A DNA stretch of 32,000 nucleotides from Candidatus Caldarchaeum sp. GTDB lineage: Archaea > Thermoproteota > Nitrososphaeria_A > Caldarchaeales > Caldarchaeaceae. The first letter of the stretch is position 1. The number at the start of each line of letters is the position of its first letter. Of the stretch, positions 8,077-14,700 are shown one piece after another. Under the pieces are notes generated by a model, which was given only the letters and a program-made list of their open reading frames with translations, ran no database searches and was not told the origin of the DNA. A program made the position numbers and the translations under genes. The DNA lies in assembly GCA_038885755.1 (NCBI GenBank), contig JAVZZH010000001.1, forward strand, positions 231,432 to 263,431. The letters run 5' to 3'.

Positions 8077-9241
8077 CGAGCCTCACCCTTACAGAGAGTG
8101 GAGCAGCCCTCCTGCTCGTGTGGACGAAGACCACGTCCCCGTCTTTCAGCCCCGAGCCTATCAAGGTTTCGGATTCGTTTATCAGCCGGGTTCCGTGCTG
8201 GAGCTGGACGTCCGGGAACATAAACTTGCTGGATATTCTCTCCAAGAAATCGACTACTCTTTCGTGAGGATGTGCGGTCATCTCGACTGGTTTATCGCTG
8301 TCAGACCCGCATACATGGCAGAGCTCGTTCCTAGCAAGCCTGACCCTAGAGACACGGCCGTTCAGCCCGTCGTAAACGAGCAGCCCGCTCAAAGACCTTC
8401 CCAAAGAGCCGTCGTGCAGAACTCTAACGACTTCGAAGACGCCTAGGCCGGCTACTGTTGCGGATATGCTTAGAACGGCTGGAATCTTCGGGTTGAGCAG
8501 ACTACGTAAACGGTTGACGAGGTTTTTGAGCTCTGGACTCAGCCCGTCGACAACCTTCTGAGGGGCGTATTTTATGTCGTAGAGCGTCTTGATGTTGTGG
8601 TTGAAAAGCTCAGCCGCCTCATCCAACCCCACTGCTATGCCTCTGTCCCTGAGCTCGGAGACGAGGTCTTCAGGCTTCCTCCGCCTCAGAGAGCATTCAG
8701 CTGCCTGAACCTCCAAAGGGATCAGGGCCTCCGCATGACACTCGATACAAGCCGTCTGTCGCGGGATTATCGTCTGAACGTTCCCGTAGTATCCGTCGGT
8801 CGCTAGGTCGACTAAAGGCTTGCCCAGCTCCACGGCCATAGAGTTAATCCATCGCCTAGTCGGCCAGTTGTCTACACAGCTGACCAGCACGTCGAACTCA
8901 GAGAAGACATCCTCACCTATGTTCCTTACATCCTTGTGCATCCCAACAACGTGCACTAGAGGGTTCATGCGTCTAACCCGCTGCTCCGCAAGCTCCGCCT
9001 TCGGCTTTCCTATATCCTCGTCGACGTAAAGCATCTGCCTGCTTAGGTTGGAGAGCTCAACGACGTCGTTGTCGACTAGAAGCAGTTCGCCCACGCCCAT
9101 CAACGCTAGGTTCTTAGCCGCTTCACATCCAAGAGCGCCGACTCCAGCGACCAGCACACGGGCTGACGCCAGCCTGCGCTGGTCCCAGCCCTCAAGCATT
9201 AGTTGTCTGTCGTACCGTGCTAGTGCTGAGCCTGCATCCAA
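8051..9241 (-). CDS. E1-like ubiquitin-activating enzyme (ThiF/MoeB/UBA family) with an extra C-terminal domain
   Basis: Contains RYDRQLML...VLVAGVGALGCEAAKNLALMGVGELLLVDNDVVELSNLSRQ (adenylation Rossmann fold). Paired CIEC and CHVC zinc motifs are present. A C-terminal tail of about 90 aa includes GLKDGDVVFV, which looks beta-grasp-like. Start is TTG. Confidence 0.92.
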   Translation of the reverse strand: MDAGSALARYDRQLMLEGWDQRRLASARVLVAGVGALGCEAAKNLALMGVGELLLVDNDVVELSNLSRQMLYVDEDIGKPKAELAEQRVRRMNPLVHVVGMHKDVRNIGEDVFSEFDVLVSCVDNWPTRRWINSMAVELGKPLVDLATDGYYGNVQTIIPRQTACIECHAEALIPLEVQAAECSLRRRKPEDLVSELRDRGIAVGLDEAAELFNHNIKTLYDIKYAPQKVVDGLSPELKNLVNRLRSLLNPKIPAVLSISATVAGLGVFEVVRVLHDGSLGRSLSGLLVYDGLNGRVSRVRLARNELCHVCGSDSDKPVEMTAHPHERVVDFLERISSKFMFPDVQLQHGTRLINESETLIGSGLKDGDVVFVHTSRRAAPLSVRVRLVEDSGQGS

Positions 9242-9242
9242 C

Positions 9243-9749
9243 CTAGAGACCCTTTCTCCTGCCCAGCTTAAAAGCTTCCTCCGGAGAGGCGTAGACCTCT
9301 AAAAACTGTCTCACCCGGGCCATGAAGAGGTCGGGCCTGTTTTTGTACTCGAAGGCAGCGATGGGGTTTAGCGGGTCTTCGGGGTTGGGGTTGTTCAGCA
9401 GGTTTCTGAGAGCCTCTATGACGGCGACTATTCTGAGGGAGGGCGACCAGTGGTCCTTGAAGACAGACTCGCAGACGCGAGCCGGAACTGTGTCTGAGAA
9501 GTTTGGATGCCATATTCTTGTGTGCCAAACTATGTCGGGCGGGAAGTAGGGGTACGAGCGCGGTATAAGGATCTCGACCCTGAAGTATCCGCCCTCGTAA
9601 ATGTTTGTCCCGATTATCACGCCCTCGTAGTGTGTAAGGTCGTTCTCGACCGGGCTGAACGTCGGTTCATTTTCCTGGATGAGCGAATACTCGAGCGCCA
9701 GCCTCCTGTGCCATGCGCTCTCAGGCAGCTCAGCGTAAACGTTCTCCAT
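9243..9749 (-). CDS. E2 ubiquitin-conjugating enzyme (UBC fold)
   Basis: Contains IWHPNF (the HPN motif) followed by PARVCESVFKDHWSPSLRI, which matches the catalytic-Cys context of the canonical ICLDIL..WSP. The 168-aa length is typical. Confidence 0.92.
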   Translation of the reverse strand: MENVYAELPESAWHRRLALEYSLIQENEPTFSPVENDLTHYEGVIIGTNIYEGGYFRVEILIPRSYPYFPPDIVWHTRIWHPNFSDTVPARVCESVFKDHWSPSLRIVAVIEALRNLLNNPNPEDPLNPIAAFEYKNRPDLFMARVRQFLEVYASPEEAFKLGRRKGL

Positions 9750-9984
9750 TTCCCCCCACCGTACGGGTGATGAGGACGAACTTATCCCCGTCGGCGACGC
9801 CTAGGCTCTGAAGGGTCTCCGTGTCCTTCAACGCCCTTCCCTTGTATGTAAGCCTAGTTGTGTCTGGGGGGAGCTTCCTCATGGCGCATACCTTGGTCCT
9901 AACCGCTCCAATCGTTGCGTTCGGCGAAACCTCCAACTCTAAAGGGCTTCCTCCACCCACGGCAGGCACTATCTTTATCTTCAT
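9730..9984 (-). CDS. Ubiquitin-like beta-grasp modifier precursor (di-glycine followed by a 6-aa tail)
   Basis: MKIKIV...LEVSPNATIGAVRTKV...LPPDTTRLTYKGRALKDTETL...FVLITRTVGG-NGERLR aligns by eye along the full length of eukaryotic ubiquitin. GG is at aa 77-78 of 84. Confidence 0.9.
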   Translation of the reverse strand: MKIKIVPAVGGGSPLELEVSPNATIGAVRTKVCAMRKLPPDTTRLTYKGRALKDTETLQSLGVADGDKFVLITRTVGGNGERLR

Positions 9985-10008
9985 ACTGCAGGCTTGTTAA
10001 GCTAAAGT

Positions 10009-10018
10009 GTATATAAGG
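10009..10018 (-). promoter_or_regulatory. Candidate TATA box for the ubiquitin-like operon
   Basis: The minus strand reads CCTTATATAC. Its centre is about 29 nt upstream of the Ub-like ATG (9984), consistent with a leaderless or near-leaderless archaeal promoter. Confidence 0.45.
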
Positions 10019-10042
10019 TTTAACGGCGTGTAAAACGTCGAA

Positions 10043-10067
10043 AATGTCGATGAAATATTTCGACATT
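10043..10067. promoter_or_regulatory. Inverted repeat AATGTCGA-n9-TCGACATT in the divergent promoter (candidate operator)
   Basis: Perfect 8-bp arms at 10043-10050 and 10060-10067 flank an AT-rich 9-nt spacer. An additional GTCGA half-site lies at 10037-10041. The element sits between the two TATA-like boxes. Confidence 0.4.
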
Positions 10068-10102
10068 CCCGAAAGAGTCTAGTCGTCGGGAGAAACACGA
10101 CA

Positions 10103-10111
10103 TTTTTAATA
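10103..10111 (+). promoter_or_regulatory. Candidate TATA box for the JAMM protease gene
   Basis: TTTTTAATA is centred about 29 nt upstream of the in-frame ATG at 10136. Confidence 0.45.
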
Positions 10112-10126
10112 CCCGGCTTTGTCTCC

Positions 10127-10744
10127 TTGGAAGCGATGCGTGTAAGGATATACCCGCTAGCCCTAGCTAAGATTGTCAAGCATTCAACCACCTTCCTGAA
10201 CAAGGAGGTTGCCGGGCTGCTGGTGGGTAAGTCGGCGGGGAAGGTCCTCGAAGTGTGGGACGCCGTGACCGGGGAGCAGTACGGAACCGCCGCCTACGTC
10301 CATCTCGACGAGGCTGTGATGTCTCGTGTTGCGGAGCAGCTTTCTGAGGATGGTAAAGGCCTTTACATAGTGGGATGGTATCATTCACACCCCGGGTTGA
10401 CGGTTTTCCTATCTCCCACCGACATAGACACTCAGAAACGTTATCAGAGCATTTATCCCAAGGCCGTGGCCTTGGTGATAGACCCGTCCAAGTATGTCGA
10501 GACACGTAGGATCTCGTCGATCGACTTCAAAGTCTTCCAGATATCGAAGGAGGGGAAAGTGGTGTCCCTGCCCGTGTCTATAGGAGTTCAGAGGTCTAAG
10601 CTGCTGGAGAGCACTTTCCATGCTTTGAGCACTTTTGATGTGAGGCATCTACTCCAGCAGTCGGAGGGTATGACTGAGAGCGGTCCGCAAGCCGGTGAAG
10701 ACGGAAGCTTGCTGGGAAAAGCTAAAAAGCTGTTCGGAAGATGA
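10127..10744 (+). CDS. JAB1/MPN+ (JAMM) metalloprotease, Rpn11-like deubiquitinase / precursor-processing enzyme
   Basis: The JAMM motif is intact: EVAGLLVG (Glu) and GWYHSHPGLTVFLSPTDIDT (HxHx7Sx2D). The track start is TTG at 10127. The ATG at 10136 fits the TATA spacing better. Confidence 0.92.
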   Translation: MEAMRVRIYPLALAKIVKHSTTFLNKEVAGLLVGKSAGKVLEVWDAVTGEQYGTAAYVHLDEAVMSRVAEQLSEDGKGLYIVGWYHSHPGLTVFLSPTDIDTQKRYQSIYPKAVALVIDPSKYVETRRISSIDFKVFQISKEGKVVSLPVSIGVQRSKLLESTFHALSTFDVRHLLQQSEGMTESGPQAGEDGSLLGKAKKLFGR

Positions 10745-10757
10745 GGAGGGAGACGCG

Positions 10758-11531
10758 TTGCCTAAGAAAATCGTGCTGAAGATAAAGCATGAACAGCAGC
10801 AGGAGCAGCCGGAGGTCGAGCCAGCCCAGCAACAACCTATTGAGGTGCCGGCCGTCGCCGAGCCCGAGCCTGCACCACCTCAGCAAGCTCCTCAGCCGGG
10901 AGACCTTGAGGAAGCCCTGAAGCAGTACCAGGACTTGATGAAAGAGCTTGAGCTGATCAAGAACCTCGACAAGAACTTCATAGCCTACTGCGTAAAGCTC
11001 GAAGACCTTAGGCCTAACCTTATCAGGAGCATTCTGGGGCGTTTGTCGGAGAAGCGCAACGCTTTGCTGGAGAGATCTGCCGCGGTGCTGGAGAGTATGA
11101 AGGCTGTGCGGGATTCGTTGGGGTCGGAGTTTGCTGAGGTTGAGGAGGAGCTCATTTGGAGCAGCATAGAGCTCAACACGATGCAGCTAGAGGGCTCCAA
11201 GGCTGATGCTGCAAGGGTTGGTCTGAAAGAGGAGCTTGAGGCCAAAATACCCGAGCTCCGGAAGAAGCTCACCAACCTGAGGAACAGGCTGAAGATGGTC
11301 GAGGACGTTGTCAAGCAGCTGTCCGAACTTCCACGAAACATAGTCGAACTGACTACCAGCAAGGAGGACATAGCTAAGCTGTTTGAGGATGCAAAGAAGA
11401 GGTATATTCTGACGCATGGCCAGAGGGCGGAGGCTGTGCTTAGGGCCGAGATAGACAGGGTTGCCCAGCAGGAAGCCATTCCCAGAGAATACGCCACGCT
11501 GCTTGTCTGGAAGGCCTCGCTCCAGCGTTAA
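10758..11531 (+). CDS. Hypothetical helical protein with a Q/P/E-rich N-terminus, coupled to the JAMM gene
   Basis: The track ORF begins at GTG 10695 and overlaps the JAMM gene by 50 nt. I prefer TTG 10758, which lies 7 nt after a strong GAGGAGGG Shine-Dalgarno-like site spanning the JAMM stop. I recognise no family. Confidence 0.7.
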   Translation: MPKKIVLKIKHEQQQEQPEVEPAQQQPIEVPAVAEPEPAPPQQAPQPGDLEEALKQYQDLMKELELIKNLDKNFIAYCVKLEDLRPNLIRSILGRLSEKRNALLERSAAVLESMKAVRDSLGSEFAEVEEELIWSSIELNTMQLEGSKADAARVGLKEELEAKIPELRKKLTNLRNRLKMVEDVVKQLSELPRNIVELTTSKEDIAKLFEDAKKRYILTHGQRAEAVLRAEIDRVAQQEAIPREYATLLVWKASLQR

Positions 11532-11935
11532 ACCACAGGCCTGAACTTCACCCCGTACACTATTAGAGTTGAGTCGCTGTCCCACCTAAGCCTTCTGACA
11601 ACAGCTTCAACAGGTATGCCTGGTTTCAGGTCTTGAGGATTGCAGTCAGTAAGCTGGCCTACGACTCTAGTTCCGTCATCCATCTCTACCAAACCCACGG
11701 CGAAAGGCGTGCTGTTTTCAAACCCTCCTTGGGCTTGGTACACAACAGTGAACTGCACGAGCCTGCCGGTGTTGTTCAGCCTGTCGGAGTCCAGCCTTTT
11801 TGAGGAGCATCTACGGCATGCAAGCCTCTTCAACGGATGGAAGTGGCCGCAGACGGAGCAGCGGCTTCCCTCAAGGCGGTAGATGAACGGTCTGAGCCGC
11901 CAGTAAACGGGAGGTCTGGACGCCACGATGTTCAC
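11528..11935 (-). CDS. DUF35-family zinc-ribbon/OB-fold protein (scaffold of the archaeal thiolase/HMG-CoA synthase complex)
   Basis: Contains a CSVCGHFHPLKRLACRRC zinc ribbon followed by an OB-fold-like region. Its GTG start overlaps the thiolase stop (GTGA). Confidence 0.85.
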   Translation of the reverse strand: MNIVASRPPVYWRLRPFIYRLEGSRCSVCGHFHPLKRLACRRCSSKRLDSDRLNNTGRLVQFTVVYQAQGGFENSTPFAVGLVEMDDGTRVVGQLTDCNPQDLKPGIPVEAVVRRLRWDSDSTLIVYGVKFRPVV

Positions 11936-13095
11936 CTAAGGCTCTCTAGGACTACTGCGCCTGCGCTGGACCCTAGGCCGGCGATGGACACGACCATGCC
12001 TTTCTCAGCTCTGTCCACTTGGTTCTTGGCTGCGTTTTGCGTGAGCTGCATGAAAGCCTCGACCAAGGCGTACACTCCCGAGGCCCCTGCCGGATGGCCT
12101 CTCCCTTTCAAGCCTCCGAAAGTGTTTATCGGGAGATCACCGCTTAGGCTGAACCTACCCTTCTCAGCCTCAAGGCAGGCTCTCCCCCTCTCCGCAAGCC
12201 CGAGAGATTCGAGGATGAGCGGGGTCATAATGCTGTAGGATTCGTGGAGCTCTATGAAGTCAAGGTCCCTTCCCCTTAGACCGGCCATCTCCAGTGCTCT
12301 TCTTCCAGCCGTGCTGACCGAGCTCAACTCAAGGGGGTCTTCTCTGTCGAACGGAACTAGAAAGTCTGTCGAGAAGCTTGCTCCTGTGAGGAGGCATTTG
12401 TGGCCGTCGATTTTGCTGGCGAGGTCTTCGGACACGACTATTATGGCGGCGGCTCCGTCGGCTGGCGCGGTAGTTTCGAGCCTGCGCAGAGGCTCCGCCA
12501 CGTAGGGTGAGTTCATGACTGTTTGAAGGTTTAGCTTGAACTGGTATTGTGCGTGAGGGCATGTAGAGGAGTGTTCATGGCTCAGAACGGGGAAGTATGC
12601 TACGTTTTCTGGTAGAAGCTTGTATCTCGATAGGTACTCTTTGTAGAGGAGGGCGGCTTGGGCTAGCTGGCTTACTCCGAGGAACCCGGTGCATTCCTGC
12701 CTCTCCTCCATCGTAAGAAGGCTTAGGGCCTCCTCAGCCGTTCCATCCGACATCTTCTCTACGCCGACAACCATAGCGGCTTTCGAAACCCCCATCATCA
12801 CGGCTGCAGCAGCGGAGTAGAGGGCCATCAACCCAGACACGCCGCCGGCCTCGACACGAGTCGCGGCAACGTTCCTTAGCCCCAGCTCCTCCGCTAGAAC
12901 CGACCCTAGATTAACCTGTTCTTGAAGCTTCTCGCCGTAGACGTTCGCGACGTAGACATGGTCGACTGAGGAGAGGCCTGAGCCCTCCAAGGCTTTCAAC
13001 CCCGCTTCAGCCATCATCTCGGCCAAGCTCCTGTCCCAGTGTTCATCGACTTTGAGGACTGAACCCCCGCAGACGACTGCTTTCAACCTGCTCAC
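11932..13095 (-). CDS. Acetyl-CoA acetyltransferase (archaeal thiolase)
   Basis: Shows a thiolase-superfamily pattern, including the C-terminal NTFGGLKGRGHPAGASGVY. I trimmed the track ORF (to 13320) to GTG 13095, which forms a GTGA overlap with the upstream stop and gives 387 aa. Confidence 0.9.
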   Translation of the reverse strand: MSRLKAVVCGGSVLKVDEHWDRSLAEMMAEAGLKALEGSGLSSVDHVYVANVYGEKLQEQVNLGSVLAEELGLRNVAATRVEAGGVSGLMALYSAAAAVMMGVSKAAMVVGVEKMSDGTAEEALSLLTMEERQECTGFLGVSQLAQAALLYKEYLSRYKLLPENVAYFPVLSHEHSSTCPHAQYQFKLNLQTVMNSPYVAEPLRRLETTAPADGAAAIIVVSEDLASKIDGHKCLLTGASFSTDFLVPFDREDPLELSSVSTAGRRALEMAGLRGRDLDFIELHESYSIMTPLILESLGLAERGRACLEAEKGRFSLSGDLPINTFGGLKGRGHPAGASGVYALVEAFMQLTQNAAKNQVDRAEKGMVVSIAGLGSSAGAVVLESLR

Positions 13096-14180
13096 ATCCG
13101 GATCTTGTCTCTGTACTTTAGGTATGTTGCGTAGTCTATTTCTGTCCTCCTGCTGAGCATCTGGGCGTAGGTGGGGGCCCTGTTTCGCCTCTCGACAACG
13201 CCGTCGCAGACGGTCAGGACGAATGAGTCGCTGCCAGCTCCCGAGCCGTAGGATGTGGCCAGTATTCTCTGTCCCGGTGAAGCTATGTCTAGTATCTTTG
13301 CGAGGGCCAGCATGGAGCACGCTGCATAGGTGTTTCCGACCATGTCGGCCACAAGCCCGGGCAGTATCTTCGAGCTCGGTATTGACAAGACCTTGGCAAC
13401 TGCAAGCGGGAACTTGACGTTGGGCTGGTGGAAGGCGAAGTAGTCTATGTCGTTGACTGAGAAACCGTTTTCAGCGAGAATGGTGTTGACAGCCGAGATG
13501 GTGTGGTGGAAGTATGCAGGCTCACCCGTGAACCTTGACGCATGAACGGGATATCTCTCGTAGCTTCTGCGCCAAAAATCAGGAGTGTCCGAGACAAATG
13601 AAACAGAGTACTCAAACCGAGCTATACAGTTGTTGGTGTTAGGCCCTATGACAAAGGCAGCCGCCCCGCTGGCCGCTGTGTACTCGAGGGCGTCGCCCGG
13701 CCTTCCCTGAGCTGTGTCGGCACCAATCGCAATCCCGTACTCTATCCTGCCTGCTTCGACCAGTGCTGTGATGAACTGTACAGCCTCCGTCCCCGCCTTG
13801 CATGCAAACTCCAAGTCGGCGGAGGTAGTGCTTCTTGAAACGCCGAGTATCTCTGCGACGAGCGTCCCGGTGGGCTTGACTGCGTAGGGTTTCGACTCTG
13901 TCCCGACGTGGACGGCGGCTATCCTCGACGGGTCTATTCCCGCCCTCCTCAACGCATACCTGGCTGCTTCAACAGACATCGTCACGGTGTCTTCGTCGAG
14001 TCCAGCCACGGCCTTCTCCTTGACCGGAAGGTCTGCAGGGTTCTTGCCCCAGACCCTAGCCAGCTCCTCGCCCTTCAGCCTGAACCTGGGGAGGTATATG
14101 CCGTATCCATGGATGGCTGCGTTGCTGATTCTGGGCATCTGGGTGTTGGTGCTGTAGGGTTGTATTAAAGTCTCTTGCAT
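13092..14180 (-). CDS. Hydroxymethylglutaryl-CoA synthase (archaeal type)
   Basis: Contains GYGIYLPRFRL, VGTESKPYAVKPTG and the catalytic-Cys context EFACKAGTEAV. An alternative start is the ATG at 14138. Confidence 0.9.
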   Translation of the reverse strand: MQETLIQPYSTNTQMPRISNAAIHGYGIYLPRFRLKGEELARVWGKNPADLPVKEKAVAGLDEDTVTMSVEAARYALRRAGIDPSRIAAVHVGTESKPYAVKPTGTLVAEILGVSRSTTSADLEFACKAGTEAVQFITALVEAGRIEYGIAIGADTAQGRPGDALEYTAASGAAAFVIGPNTNNCIARFEYSVSFVSDTPDFWRRSYERYPVHASRFTGEPAYFHHTISAVNTILAENGFSVNDIDYFAFHQPNVKFPLAVAKVLSIPSSKILPGLVADMVGNTYAACSMLALAKILDIASPGQRILATSYGSGAGSDSFVLTVCDGVVERRNRAPTYAQMLSRRTEIDYATYLKYRDKIRM

Positions 14181-14249
14181 ATGCGGTTTTCGACGTTTGT
14201 CTAACCGTTATAGATTAAAGCCGATAAGCTGTTTAAGGCCCCGAGAGCG

Positions 14250-14699
14250 ATGAGCCAAGACTTGGACGAAAAAGACCGTAAGATCATAGAGGAGCTGATG
14301 GAGAACGCCGAGCAGTCGATTACGGAGCTGGCCGCCAAGCTACGGATACCACGTACAACGGTCCATGAGAGGGTTAAAAGGCTGAAACAGCTGGGAGTGA
14401 TCAAGAAATACACTATTCAGGTTAACTACGCCAAGCTCGGCAAGCCTGCGACAGCTTTCATCCTTATATCTTTTGAGCAGGGAGCGATGTCCCAGAAGAA
14501 GCTGGCCCAGGAGATCGCCAAGCTGCCGGAGGTGGTTGAAGCCCATCTCATAACAGGCGAGTGGGACATCCTTGTCAAGGTTCGGACCGACTCGATGCAG
14601 TCGATCGGGTCTCTAGTAGTCGACAAGCTCAGGATGATGGAGGGGGTTGGAAAAACAATGACCTGCGTCTCCTTCTTCGCTGTAAAGGAATCCTCCTGA
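14250..14699 (+). CDS. Lrp/AsnC-family transcriptional regulator
   Basis: N-terminal HTH DEKDRKIIEELMENAEQSITELAAKLRIPRTTVHERVKRLKQLGVI followed by a C-terminal RAM-type domain. 149 aa. Confidence 0.9.
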   Translation: MSQDLDEKDRKIIEELMENAEQSITELAAKLRIPRTTVHERVKRLKQLGVIKKYTIQVNYAKLGKPATAFILISFEQGAMSQKKLAQEIAKLPEVVEAHLITGEWDILVKVRTDSMQSIGSLVVDKLRMMEGVGKTMTCVSFFAVKESS

Positions 14700-14700
14700 G

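Noticed and set aside
7958-8446. 162-aa plus-strand ORF
   Set aside because: It is antisense to the E1 and RING-finger genes, has no motifs, and is explained as a shadow frame.
9767-9811. GUGAUGA … CUGA pair on the plus strand, resembling C and D boxes
   Set aside because: It lies antisense inside the Ub-like coding sequence. It has no terminal stem complementarity and no internal C'/D' boxes. It is most likely chance.
9730-9984. Claiming a conserved Lys48 equivalent in the Ub-like protein
   Set aside because: The protein does have a Lys at its own position 48. By-eye alignment (RLTYKGRALKD versus ubiquitin RLIFAGKQLED) puts Arg50 opposite ubiquitin K48, so a chain-linkage inference is not justified without a real alignment.
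10985-11497. 170-aa Ser-rich minus-strand ORF
   Set aside because: It is antisense to the helical protein gene. Low-complexity Ser/Leu translation is typical of the reverse frame of E/K/L-rich coiled-coil genes.
13096-13320. N-terminal 75-aa extension of the thiolase ORF in the track (start 13320)
   Set aside because: It lies wholly inside the HMG-CoA synthase gene in another frame and is R/Q/P-rich. GTG 13095 gives a canonical ~387-aa thiolase and a GTGA coupling junction.
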